The notes beneath the pieces were generated by a model. That model was given only the letters and a program-made list of their open reading frames with translations. It had not been told where the DNA came from and ran no database searches. Made by a program: the position numbers and the translations under genes. This document shows, in pieces, positions 12,693 to 25,304 of a DNA stretch of 64,000 nt. Source of the stretch: Octopus sinensis (Eukaryota); NCBI RefSeq assembly GCF_006345805.1, contig NC_042997.1, forward strand, positions 196,912,001 to 196,976,000. Direction: 5' to 3'. Numbering within the stretch: position 1 is the stretch's first letter; every line of letters starts with the position of its first letter.

Positions 12693-12734
12693 TGAATGAG
12701 AGAGCAGCGCATGCCATCAAAGTGACACTGGGGT

Positions 12735-12949
12735 GTGGCTGTGTGGTAAGTAGCTTGCTTACCAACCACATGGTTCCAGATTCAGTCCCACTGCGTGGCA
12801 CCTTGGGCAAGTGTCTTCTACTATAGCCTGGGACCGACCAAAGCCTTGTGAGTGGATTTGGTCGACGGAAACTGAAAGAAGCCCGTCGTATATATGTATA
12901 TATATATATATATGTGTGTGTGTGCTTGTGTGTCTGTATTTGTCCCCCC
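12735..12949 (+). mobile_element. SINE A 5' half, embedded in another repeat (approx. 12690-13080)
   Basis: Match to SINE A head up to TGTCCCCCC; 3' half absent. Confidence 0.88.
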
Positions 12950-13139
12950 GACATACCAGTATATCCATCATGACTACCCGTCTGATAAGAGTGCACCAGA
13001 CACATGCATTACAATTGTATATGCGCGACATGGTGATCTTATATCAAGATAAACAGTGAATGACCTTGCAGGTAGGGATCGAAAGGATAACTACCAGTTG
13101 AAGTTACTGGGCTTGTGCCAAATTTTGAAAGCATTATTG

Positions 13140-13900
13140 TCAGTTTCATGGTCGTACTGTATTATGTTCAGAGAACTGTATTGTTTGACTTTCTTCGGAT
13201 GCCTCTTATCAATGAGTCTTGATACGGGTAACAGGAGCGGGGATAGAGCAAACACCATTCCTCTATGTGCGAGGGTAGGTATATTGTATTCATATCAGCT
13301 TTGAGATTCTGGTTTAATACCGGATTACCTCTATGGTGTCTTCGATTCACTTGATATTCAATTTATTACCCTGCAGCTCTATTTCGTAATTAGGATCAGC
13401 GTATTTATGCTTATTAAATTTTATCTAATATATAGTTCAGTTTTAATATTAGTTTGACTATTCTGTAGAATTATTCTTTTCTAATATTTGCTCGTCTTAA
13501 AATACTGTTTGTGTTTCTGTCTTCAAGGGTTATGCACTTTTATCTAAATATCAATAAATTCATTTGGTATTCGATGCAATTACATTCCTTTTCTTTTTAT
13601 ATTGGAAGGAGTTGACATGTTTCCAAGCGTCCTATTCTGCGTCTTATTCTGCTGATAAGATCTGCGTGATCGTTTATTTTTGCTTATTCACATATCTTCA
13701 TTAAATACCTAAACATTTTAGTTATCTCACATCCTTTTTATGTTTGATCCATCTTCTCTGTTTTGCTATATGAGCTTAATTCTATCACCTTTCATTAGTT
13801 GTAAGTAATATATGGTTTTTCTCTCTTGGTTTGAGGGTTTGGCAAAGAAATATCTCTATGTTTGCATGAATTTTGTTTATATTTTATCCTTTCCTAGCGT
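13140..13900 (-). pseudogene. Degenerate R4/Dong-like reverse-transcriptase C-terminal region
   Basis: Minus-strand peptides EKE*FYRIVKLILK, NLISINTL, KADMNTIYLP resemble KEY.RRV..IL...LN..N...AINT...H.KAD..RLYLPR. Confidence 0.55.
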
Positions 13901-15622
13901 ATATCAGTCCCATCTTATACGTATATGTTATTTAACCTATATATATATATATATATATAACGTGTGAAGAATAACGTGTAATACATTCATTATCAATATA
14001 TATTGTACTTTCAAAGATTATTTCATTTAGTCTTCATTGCAAAGTTCATTCCTCTCTATTTTGTTTTGTTACATAAACGCCTCATTTGTACGCATGTTCT
14101 ATTTTTTGTCAGTATATTATGTGAGTGCTAATCATGTGTAAGACATTTAATACCTGTGAGTTATATTATTCGGGTATTCATTATATCACATTCTTCATTT
14201 TTTTTTTGTTTTTGGTTAATTCTGACATTGCTGATATTACAGAATTTCACCACAATTTTACACCAAGTCAGTTTTCCAAGTCCAGAAATATAAAAGCGTC
14301 AGTTAATCGTTATATTTTCTTTCAGTTTTCGGACAACTACGTAAATAGCATTGCTTATCAGCGTTTCACTTTCATGCAATACACTGTTCTATACATGAAT
14401 ACACATACTAAACTCCTTTGACACAACCTTTCCTTCTTCCTTTCATGTATTTGAATTCCAGCATTTGATATCACTCAGGTTTTTCACGCTGACTTTTCCT
14501 GCTTGAAATATTCCATATCAATAACCGCCATATTTTCCTATTTTTTTTTCCTTTGACGATGTAGACGTCAAGTCTATCGTATTAAAAATCTGAAAACTGT
14601 ATCATTTCTTTTGTGAGATGTGTGATTGTCTGATCCCGTTAACCTATCTTAACAGTGATTGTCTTTCAATCAATTTATTTTCATTTGTCTCGACTAGTAT
14701 TGGTAATTTAATAATCACGACTTTATGCATAATCATTTCTAGAAAGTTCTATATCCAGACAGTAGGCAATTGACCGTTTATCTATTTTCTTGCATAGATT
14801 TGACATGTCTGATATACCATTCATCACAACATTTATTTAATATATATCTTTTATCAGATCGCACGCAGATATACGTATCGTATGATATAATCATGCTGAA
14901 TGCTATATCAAAGGGGTTCTGGTTGTGATAGAAAGCTATATCTTAGCTTCAATGTTAGCTTCATATTTCATCTAAGATACTATAATTATCAATAAAACAT
15001 CAGTCTTCTGTACTATATACTGCCAACACGTTCTAATGCTTCTCTCAGCCTCCTGTCTCACGTATCATTCCGATCAACATGGCGCTTTTTTTTATGTAGC
15101 CAGTCGGTATCTCTACGAAAATATTATATGCCACGTGTTCAGAAATGTGATTCACCTATATAAATGTCTGAAGTCAAACATAGTATCAATCACACACACA
15201 CACGCGCGCGCGCAGAGTCATACGCACGCACATACTTTTACGTTATTTGAAATGAAATGTCAAGTAAAATATGTATGATTTAGCGAGTGGCACACCTTTA
15301 AACGTAAACAACTCAATAGTAAGTGACATTTTATTGTAATGATACCTTTAAACGTTTTCCCCACAACACAACCACCACCATTTATAATTACCCTGGACAT
15401 TCAAGACGCGACTGTCGAAGTCAATCTCATCCTGCATTTTAGATCGATTTCTTCTTTGTAAATCTTCCCAATGTAATAACCTATAAACACAATTTTACTC
15501 AATTTAGCATGTCGTGTGGATGAGTCAACTCACCCCTTCATCTTGACACAAACCTCTTCTATTTACACATGGACATCTTTCACTCATAACTCTGATTATC
15601 ATCAAAACATGATACAAATCTT

Positions 15623-15775
15623 TTATTTATTTACATTATTTACTTTTGACAGATATTTGTCCTCATCTTGATTTTTGTTAACACAACATTTCGGCTGATA
15701 TACCCTCCAGCCTTCATCAGGTGTCTTGGGGAAATTTCGAACCTGGATTCTCATTCCATAGGTATTTTTCAAATT
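15623..15775 (-). mobile_element. Penelope-pLTR-like element with minimal hammerhead ribozyme
   Basis: Minus strand GACAC-CTGATGA-AGGCTG..CAGCC-GAAA-TGTT-GTGTT. Confidence 0.75.
15679..15725 (-). ncRNA. Minimal type-I hammerhead ribozyme motif
   Basis: Intact CUGAUGA and GAAA cores; stem II GGCUG/CAGCC; stem I GACAC/GUGUU. Confidence 0.72.
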
Positions 15776-15869
15776 TATTATTATTATTATTATCATCATC
15801 ATCATTATTATTATCTTTATCATTATTATTATCATTATCATCCTTATCATCATTATTATTATCATTATC

Positions 15870-15911
<42 letters not shown>
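15776..15911. repeat. (ATT/ATC)n microsatellite
   Basis: Direct reading. Confidence 0.95.
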
Positions 15912-16360
15912 CAGCTCACTGGCTGGAATCAAACTCGGAATCTTGGGCTTAGTAGCCCGAGCTCTTAACAACAAACAAGATGAGGACAAATATCGGTCAA
16001 ATGTAAATAATGTACATAACTCTTCATCTCTTAAATATAGAACTGTAAAATCTATTATTCCCTTTTTAGTTTTTTGTTTGTCTTTTACATTAATCATCGA
16101 CTTTACTTTGATTATTCTCAACTTAAACAGTTTCTGCCACGTGTAAACTATTTTATGGACAGTTGTTCGGCGTAACTCCCTTTATAGTTACAAAAATTGA
16201 AATTATCCTTCTCCTTAGATTGCTTGCCTTATGTATTACATTGGCCTTCTAGATATTTATTTGTAGAAACCTTTAAAAAGAAAATGAATGTCACCATGGC
16301 TCCATTTTGAAATTAGGACTTCACAGATTTGAACTAATACAATGTAAATTCATAATAAGG

Positions 16361-16777
16361 AGGGCAGTGATCTAGCAGAATCGTTAGCACGCCAGGGGAA
16401 ATGCTTAGCGGTATTTCGTCTACCGTTACGTTCTGAGTTCAAATTCCGCCGAGATCCACTTTGCCTTTCATCCTTTCGGGGTCAATTAAATAAGTACCAG
16501 TTACGCACTGGGGTCGATGTAATCGACGATTCCCTTTGTCTGTCCTTGTTTGTCTCCTCTCTGTGTTTAGCACCTTGTGGGTAGTAAAGAAATAGGCATT
16601 TCCATCTATACGTTCTGCGTTCAAATTACGCCGAGGTCGACTTGGCCTTTCATCCTTTCGGGGTCGATTAAATAAGTACCAGTTACGCACTGAGGTCGAT
16701 GTAATCGACTTAATCCCCTTATGTGTCTTTGTTTGGCCTCTCTATGCTTAGCTCCCTGTGAGCAATAAAGAAATAAA
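16361..16777 (+). mobile_element. SINE C: full copy plus tandem 5'-truncated second copy
   Basis: Body ACGTTCTGAGTTCAAATTCCGCCGAG...GTAGTAAAGAAATAG repeated at ~16428-16595 and ~16610-16775. Confidence 0.9.
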
Positions 16778-17412
16778 TATAGATTCACACGGTGTATCCT
16801 CGTGACCAGTTAGTGTAAGCGAGATAATCATTACTAGATAATATCTGGTAGATTTAGCAGTTTGAATTTCAAATTTAGCAACGTCCTTAGAATATACATT
16901 TAATTTCATGGCATGCTATTTACGAAGATCTTAAAATTACTGCCACATAACCGAGAGCTAGTAGGCATGTGTATTGACGATGGTAATGAGTTGGAATGGA
17001 ATAAATCTTCGAGCAGCAGCGGGAAAACCCTCGCCCGCAGGCGTAACTGCACCTGCGAGCCCATTTTATTAAGCCCACAGGCTGATATGCTCATATGTAC
17101 AAAATACAGTAAATTTTGCAATTGTAAAATTTATGCAATATTCCTAAGCCTATTTGCGACATAGGTTACGTTTCCACTAAAATCGTTAGACTCGAACAGA
17201 AAATCGTCCGGTAATTGCCATTTGAATGGAAATTTTGTTTTCACTTTAAAACACGTATTGCTTAGGTTGTACCATCCCTTGAGACCCAACTACACTCCAG
17301 CCGAAAAATATAGAATACCTTATAAGTAATAAAAACGTCCTAAATTCTTTGACAGCGTTAATAAAGATGTTACTCGTTAATTTAATGTCTTAAACTTATC
17401 TTTATTAATGTA

Positions 17413-17811
17413 CTAGCTGGCGTACCCGGTAATTCCCGGAAAGGTGGTGCTTATCCCTTGGTCTCACTTAAATGTATACAACGTAACCACTGACAAGCGG
17501 TCACTCGAATGATATTGCTTCTCTAATAAATGGCGGAAGAAATTACCAGTGGGCAAAAGAGAAAAATAAAATAAAAATGAATGGGTTATTTCCCCTCCGC
17601 TGTTAAAGGAAAATAGATGGGTTATATCTGGGCCCCTTCAAGGGGCCTTAGCCGTCCAGTTATAGATTTATATTAAACTACAATAAACCTAGTAACAAAC
17701 TGAATGTCGGTTTAACATGTATAAAAAGTTTCACGAAGATCGATAACGGGTGTAGACGGCAATTTGACACAAACAGACCACCAAACGGACTGCTGTTTAT
17801 ATATGTACAGA
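17413..17811 (-). mobile_element. Non-autonomous Helitron (~400 bp)
   Basis: Minus strand begins A|TCTGTACATATATAAA with GTCTGTTTGT-type repeats and ends CCGGGAATTACCGGG hairpin + CTAG|T; insertion between A and T, no TSD. Confidence 0.75.
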
Positions 17812-17846
17812 TATCGAATTATACCTAAGTATATACAAGATATTTG

Positions 17847-18150
17847 TGGTGGCGCAATGGCCCAGTGGTTAGGGCAGCGGACTCGCGATCGGAGGATCGC
17901 TATTTCGACTCCCAGACCGGGCGTGTTTATTGAGAGATAACACCTTAAAAAGCTCCACGCGGCTCCGGCTAGGGGCGGTGGCGATCCCTGTTGTACTCCT
18001 TCGCCCCAAATTTCTCTCACTCTCTCTTCCTGTTTCTTTAGTAACGCTGCGATGGACTGGCGTCCCGTCCAGCTGGGGGGAACACATACGCCATAGCGAC
18101 CGGGAAACCGGGCACATGAGCCTGGCTAAGCTTGAAAAGGGCGATGTTTA
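17847..18150 (+). mobile_element. SINE group B, tail type 3 (V-SINE-like)
   Basis: Same head as 3682; tail CTGCGATGGACTGGCGTCCCGTCCAG...GGGAAACCGGGC. Confidence 0.88.
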
Positions 18151-18828
18151 TCGTTTTATATACAAGATATACACAGATAGAAGCGTTAGAACTTGTGGTG
18201 ATATGCCTGCTGACCTTTTCCTTGGAAAGTTTTACCAAAACTCTAAAAAGTTTCCCCATTCCTGTCTTAGAGCGTCGAACAAAAGGCCGAGATTTTGAGT
18301 TACATTGAAAGCTCTTATGTTGCTGTCGTCAGAGTTTTCTTTCATTTATGCGAAGTAAATAGTTGAAACAGCAATTATGTACAATTTCTTCATCAACATT
18401 GCTATAAAGAAACCTGTTTACGAATAGAGTAATAATAGATTTGTTATGGTTGGAATGAGAGACAAAATATTATAATTTGTGTGGAAAAAGGGACAAGATA
18501 TATTTGCTGACATCATTCGCAATACGTTCCTTGTTCCTGATTTTCATTTCATAATGACTAAGATGCGCGCGCACACACACACACACAGATGAGGATCCAC
18601 TATAATATATTTATAGTCGTCTTTTGCAACCTCTTATATTTCTCTTATGTTCTTCTATCTGTTTATCAAGCTAGCTAAATACTTATATACTGACACACAT
18701 ATACAGATATGCCTACTGTTTTTACTGAGATCTCCCTTTTTAGTAGAAGAAATAGCTATAACTCTTTGACTGCTATTTCTAAATTCGGTATGTGGTAAGG
18801 CAATTCGTTGCTAAACCCTTTATTGCTA

Positions 18829-18988
18829 TATATATATATATATATATATAGCTGAATACGTAATATATACATATTTATACACATATATATATGTATATAG
18901 CTAAATACATACATATATACACACACACACACATATATATATACGTATATGTGTGTGTATATAATGTGTATATACATATAATGTATGC

Positions 18989-19030
<42 letters not shown>

Positions 19031-19074
19031 GTATATGTGTGTGTATATAATGTGTATATACATATAATGTATGC

Positions 19075-19118
<44 letters not shown>

Positions 19119-19413
19119 GTATATGTGTGTGTATATAATGTGTATATACATATAATGTATGCATATATACATATATATATATATATATGTATATGTGTGT
19201 GTACATAATGTGTATATACATATAATGTATGCATATATACATATATATATGTGTGTTATATAATGTATGCATATATACATATATATATATATGTATATAT
19301 AATGTATGTATATATACGTATATATAAATGTATATATATATATATACATATGTATATATATATGTATATATACGTATATATAAATGTATATATATATGTA
19401 TATATATATGTAT

Positions 19414-19451
<38 letters not shown>

Positions 19452-19495
19452 TATATATAATATATATATATATAATGTATATATATAATTTATAG
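18829..19495. repeat. (TA)n field containing a ~70-90 bp minisatellite
   Basis: Unit CGTATATGTGTGTGTATATAATGTGTATATACATATAATGTATGCATATATAC(AT)n repeated about 4-5 times. Confidence 0.9.
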
Positions 19496-19769
19496 TACAA
19501 ATACGTGTGTGAATGTACAATCGATAACTATTGATAATTTGTCGGCAAAAAATTGTGAAGTCTCGTATAGGTGAAGAACGTATTCAGCTATAAATAAGAG
19601 GCAAAAGGAATTACTTCAGCATAAACAAAACTCTGATAGATCACAAACCAAACCGTTTCAGTTAGGAATACTAATTGGATAAAGGGGCAGTAATCAATAA
19701 CAAAAAGGAAAATAATAATAGAGGGACAAAGAAACTGAAGGAAAAAATAATATAAGCATCTCTTCACAC

Positions 19770-20225
19770 ACACCTTCACCACCGCCTGAACCTCCAGCCA
19801 TTGCCACCACCACAACCACTAGTCACCACAACCGCCAGTCACCACCACCACTACAACCGCCACTCACCACCACCACTAGTCACCACCACCACTAGTCACC
19901 ACCACCACCGCCAGTCACCACCACCACCACTACCACCGCCAGTCACCACCACCACCACTATCACCACCGCCAGCACCACCAGTCACCAGCACCAGCACCA
20001 CCACCACCAGTCACCACCACCAACATCACCACCACCACCAGTCACCACCACCACCAATCACCACCACCATCACCACCACTAACATCACCCCTACCAGTCA
20101 CCACCACCAGTCACCACCACCACCATCACCACCACTAACATCACTACCACCACCATCACCACCGCCAGTCACCACCACCACCACCACAACCACCAGTCAC
20201 CACCACCACCACCCTACCGCCGCCC
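19770..20225. repeat. (CAC)n-based low-complexity repeat with CAGT interruptions
   Basis: Direct reading. Confidence 0.9.
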
Positions 20226-20329
20226 CTATTAGGCAGCCGTCCCCACATTACTTTTAGTCTTTGTGCTGTGTTTATGTGGAACATCACGACTGTTTACTAC
20301 CGTCGGTAGAGAGTTAAGGAAAGAACAAA

Positions 20330-20900
20330 TAATTACTTTCTTTGTCTATGTTAGATTTGCGGACGGAAGCCATTGGGGAGGAGGGCGGTTTTGGCTGCTT
20401 CTGACTGAAAGTACGTGTATTAGATTTCTCTAAGCAAAAGGAAAATAGGCTGGGGAATTCTTTGAAATGCTGTTTGAAGGAAGTAGGAAACAACGAAGTA
20501 ATCAATATCAAATCATATGCAAACAACAAAAGTGGTGGGGATAACCATCAGGCATGCTGCTCATACTAATCAAATACGTTATATTCAATCATTGCATTAA
20601 TTTCTTATTAGCACAGTATAGAATTGCATTCCATGCCAGCTTTTGAGACAAGGCATCGAGGAGGCGGTTACAGCTATGTAATGCTTTCTTATGTACCAGC
20701 TACGTTGATAAGCCGCCAAAAAAACCACGTTGGAATGGTTGATGTACGATATATTGTTGGTAAGTGGTAAGCAAATTGTGTATACCGCTGACCAGCAAAT
20801 ACTTCCGCCTGTAGCTTTGACTTGGGAGAATAATGCATTCGTAATAGAGTTGAATCGACCTCCTTCGTTGGAAACGACTAAAAGGTGACATTTAAATTTG
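20330..20900 (-). pseudogene. Highly degenerate LINE reverse-transcriptase fragment
   Basis: PFQRGFFGGLST (Q.GF..G.ST motif) followed by LLFAYDLILI (FADD motif) in correct order on the minus strand. Confidence 0.5.
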
Positions 20901-21250
20901 ACATATGAAGTATAGTAAGAAAAACATGGCTACAAACTGAAGCTTTTAAAGAAATAGCTTCTAATTTATTTGGTATTAGTTTCTTTATGTCCTGATGTTC
21001 GAATGCAGAGAAAATGATGTTAGCCGGTACAATACCTGTAAGAAAAGCAGATGAGGTAATAAATTCGACACACTCAATACCCTTGGCAAATTAAACTACC
21101 ATTCACATCGTAAATAAGAGTGGTTTACGAATTTACATTCCAAACGTCTGTGTGAGTGTTTGTTGAAAGAGATGACCACAAACTCAGAAAAATAGAAGGG
21201 AATGTGTGTTAGTGGCGAAAAAGTGCGTACATATATACTTATATATATAT

Positions 21251-21648
21251 AGGCGCAGGAGTGGCTGTGTGGTAAGTAGCTTGCTAACCAACCACATGGT
21301 TCCGGGTTCAGTCCCACTGCGTGGCATCTTGGGCAAGTGTCTTCTGCTATAGCCCCGGGCCGACCAATGCCTTGTGAGTGGATTTGGTAGACGGAAACTG
21401 AAAGAAGCCTGTCGTATATATGTATATATATGTGTGTGTTTGTGTTTGTCCCCCTAGCATTGCTTGACAACCGATGCTGGTGTGTTTACGTCCCCGTCAC
21501 TTAGCGGTTCGGCAAAAGAGACCGATAGAATAAGTACTGGGCTTACAAAGAATAAATCGCGGGGTCGATTTTCTCGACTAAAGGTGGTGCTCCAGCATGG
21601 CCGCAGTCAAATGACTGAAACAAGTAACAGAGTAAAAGAGTAAAGAGT
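21251..21648 (+). mobile_element. SINE A, full length, young
   Basis: Complete head AGGCGCAGGAGTGGCTGTGTGG to (GTAAAAGA)n tail. Confidence 0.95.
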
Positions 21649-21949
21649 ATATAAGTATATACTTATATGCATTTATACAAATCCCTCCCTCCCTCCATCC
21701 ATCTATTTAACTATGTGTGTGTGTGTGTGTGTGTGTTTGAATGTATGTAGAGAGTTCTTCGATTACTGTTGCAATTTGGAAAATTCAGAAAAAAAAAATG
21801 AGTATCGGTAAAGAAATGAAGCTTTTTTAGAAAGACCAGACGAGCTCCAAGTGTGCTGCATTGGTGGCATAGAACCTAATTGATAGGTCACAGTTTTAAT
21901 AGATACAACAAATTGTGGAAGCTGTAAAGGTAATTTTAGAGAACCCTCC

Positions 21950-22088
21950 ATATACATGATATATGTAAGTATATATATGTATGATATATACAACCATACA
22001 TGTGTATATATATCTATAAAATATATATGTATATAACCATACATATATATGACATATACATATACATGTGTGTATATGGCATTTATAA

Positions 22089-22145
<57 letters not shown>

Positions 22146-22192
22146 CATACACATAATCATACGGGTATAATATATATAAGCATATATCTATA

Positions 22193-22234
<42 letters not shown>

Positions 22235-22254
22235 ATATGTATATATATATATGA

Positions 22255-22306
<52 letters not shown>

Positions 22307-22345
22307 CATACATACATATATGTATATATGTATGTATATATTTTA
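21950..22345. repeat. (TA)n-rich microsatellite
   Basis: Direct reading. Confidence 0.95.
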
Positions 22346-22346
22346 G

Positions 22347-22541
22347 TGTGTGTGTCTGTGTTTGTCTTCACAACATCGCTTGACAACCGACGTTGGTGTG
22401 TTTACGCCGCCGTAACTTAGCAGTTCAGCGAAAGACCAACAGAATAAGTATTAGGCTTACAAAGAATAAGTCCTGGGTTCGATTTGTTCGACTAAAGGCG
22501 GCGCTCCAGCATGACTGAAACAAGAAAAAGAGTAAAAGAGT
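22347..22541 (+). mobile_element. SINE A 3' half
   Basis: Match to SINE A downstream of internal microsatellite; short deletion in tail. Confidence 0.88.
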
Positions 22542-22544
22542 GTG

Positions 22545-22740
22545 TGTACCGTTGGCGATTTTTTTCCTCTGTCTTCCCTTCTCTGGATCTTTCCTTCTCC
22601 TATGTTTCCGACGAAGAGCTCCGCTCGAAACGTTAAACCCTCCTTCTTTCCTTCTGTCCTGAGCGTCCAATGATACTATATTTGTTCCACGTCCTCGCGT
22701 TGTTGTGTTTTTTTGTGCTTTCTTGTTTGGATTAACTTAT
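22545..22740 (+). mobile_element. Short element with hammerhead-like motif (22604-22638)
   Basis: GTTT-CCGACGA-AGAGC-tcc-GCTC-GAAA-CGTT-AAAC. Confidence 0.7.
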
Positions 22741-23424
22741 ATATATATACTCAGATATATAGATATGTGTGTTTGTCCGTGTGTATGAGTGTGTGTATGT
22801 GCAAAAGTGGCCTAAACATGCATTCTACAACAGATTTCATAACAGGATCCATTGAAACGTAATGTCATTGATGCTCACACGCACACACAAGCACACACAC
22901 ACAGATACACACAAAAACACCTCTATACTTATTCTTCATATTCTAATTTGTCCTCTTGAAAAATCTGACGAGCGTGTACTAGTTGATAGGAGACAAAATT
23001 TCATTCCTATTTTCTATGTAAAGAAAAGTATTAGTTTTGCAAGAGGCTGCGTTGGTTTTGCTCGTCAAATTTCACCTTTCTATTAAAATTGAATTACTGA
23101 ACAGATGAAAGAGTGTTTTGTGGAGCAAATGTAATGTATTGTCATTGAAAAGACTGCTGTAAGAATAGTCAACGAATGCTATTCAAAGATAGCCACTAGA
23201 TAGAGCTGTACGCATCAGCCCAAGAATTCCTTTGAGAGATTTAAATGTTGTCAATTGTGTGAAACCAAAGTAAATTGTCTATGGAGTTGCAATTGATTTC
23301 TATGGTTGGCACAGGTTGTAGTTAAGGCGTATGTTACTCAAGCTTTGTAACACAATATTAGTTCTTAAGCCTTTTTCATTGGTTGAATAGGAGACTGAAG
23401 TGGATGACACGCAGTGATAACTTC

Positions 23425-23478
23425 ACTCACACACACACACACACACACACGTCTCTCTCTCTCTTTCCCTTCTATCTG

Positions 23479-23514
<36 letters not shown>

Positions 23515-23665
23515 CTATCTATCTATCTATACATCCATCCATCTATCTATACATCCATCTATCTATCCATCCATCCATCTATCCATTTATCTATCCATCC
23601 ATTTATCTATCCATCCATCCATCCATCCATCCATCCATCCATCCATCTATCTATCTATCTATCTG

Positions 23666-23743
<78 letters not shown>

Positions 23744-23806
23744 CATTTATCTATACAGTCATCTATCTATCCATCTATCTATACAGCCATCTATCTATCT
23801 ATATAT

Positions 23807-23847
<41 letters not shown>

Positions 23848-23850
23848 TGC
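23425..23850. repeat. Compound (CA)n,(CT)n,(TCTA/TCCA)n,(TG)n
   Basis: Direct reading. Confidence 0.95.
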
Positions 23851-24857
23851 TCATGTATGTATATGCACGCGTAGAAAGACAGAGGGAGTGAGAGAGAGTT
23901 TTGCATACATATGTACGTTTGTACTTATAAACGTAACTTTGTCCGAATTAGCAACGCAATAGTGAATAAATAAACCCGAAAGTGCTTTGAAAAGGAACGG
24001 AATATATTTTATAGATGTGGCGAAACCATGATTGTTTCTTTCTTTGAAATGATAATATTCATGAAAGGGACAAATTCGAAATCGACTTCAGGACTATGAA
24101 AATAAAAACATTTACCATCGGATCTTCATAGCCCTTGCAAGTAATTATACGTTTCAATTCAGAATCTCATGAACTGCATTTTGCCGTAGGTACCACATAC
24201 ATTTAGCGAATGCAGTATTTCATAGCTCGATCTGCAAGGGTTCAGATGTAATATATGCGTACAGCCTTCAAATGATTGCTTATCCTTCTGGCATTAGAAT
24301 GTTTGGATGGAGATTTCAATAATTATTGAACGATTATTGAATACATTATAATAATAAATTAATTCTAACCCTTTAAGGAAAATGCTTGCTTATGAAACGT
24401 TTGTTAATTACGCGATGTTGTCCTCGAGGAGACAATAGCTTTCTGAACGAAGGTTTATCGCCTTTTATAAACGTAATAAAGATTAAGTAATTCAATTACC
24501 ACAGCGGCAATATTGCATATTAAAAAGCTGCTAAATATAATTACGCATTCCCTCAAAAGCTCAAACATCCTTGGTGTTGAATGATATCGCAAGAAACAAA
24601 AATATAGCTACATCACAGTTTTTTGTATCTAAAGAATGGATTAACACTTATACATAGGAAATATTTTGGTAATTAATAACGAAATTCATGTTTAATGTCA
24701 TCTATATTACTGTATGGAATCATTCACACTGGTATAATTTATAAACTTTTCTAATACCTCTCAGGCATTTAGTGTGTTGGTAGGAATTTCTAGTTAAGGT
24801 TTCTTCCCTCTTAGCATACAGCGGCACCTTCCTATCTTAAGTAAATGTTCTTTAAAA

Positions 24858-25070
24858 TACGACTGGGTACTTAAAAACACCTGGTTTTAAGGATGTCGCG
24901 AAAGGGCCGGTTGGAGGCCTAATGCTCCGAGTTCTTTTACAGGGCTTAGAAAAACCACTGCAAAAAGTGTGTGAATCTGAGAAGGGAATAAGTTGAATAA
25001 AGTCGTCATTAACTGATTCTCCTGTATTTCCATTTACTCAAAGCCAGAAATTTTCCAACACGCCCTTGTA
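24858..25070 (+). mobile_element. Mariner-derived MITE copy 1
   Basis: TACGA..G..CT.AAAA..CCTGG / AAAGCCAGAAATTTTCCAACACGCCCTTGTA termini; internal KKCVNLR..E* transposase C-terminal remnant. Confidence 0.7.
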
Positions 25071-25084
25071 TATATATATATAAA

Positions 25085-25304
25085 TACGATGGGATGTTTA
25101 AAATTCCTGGTGTTAAAGATGTCGTGAAAGGCTCGGTTGGAAGCGTAATGTTCCGAGTTCTTTTACAGGGATTAGAAAAACCGAAGGAAAGGTGCAATAA
25201 GTGTGTGAATCTGAGAGAGGAATATGTTGAATAAAGCCTTAATTAACTGATCCTCCTGTATTTTCTTTTACTCAAAGCCAGGAAACTTCCAGCACGCCCT
25301 TGTA
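25085..25304 (+). mobile_element. Mariner-derived MITE copy 2
   Basis: Direct repeat of copy 1; encodes RCNKCVNLREEYVE*, typical mariner C-terminus (irritans-like). Confidence 0.72.

Noticed and set aside
19801-20082. Pro/Thr/His-rich ORF resembling mucin or extensin
   Set aside because: (CAC)n low-complexity repeat, open in several frames, no splice or start context
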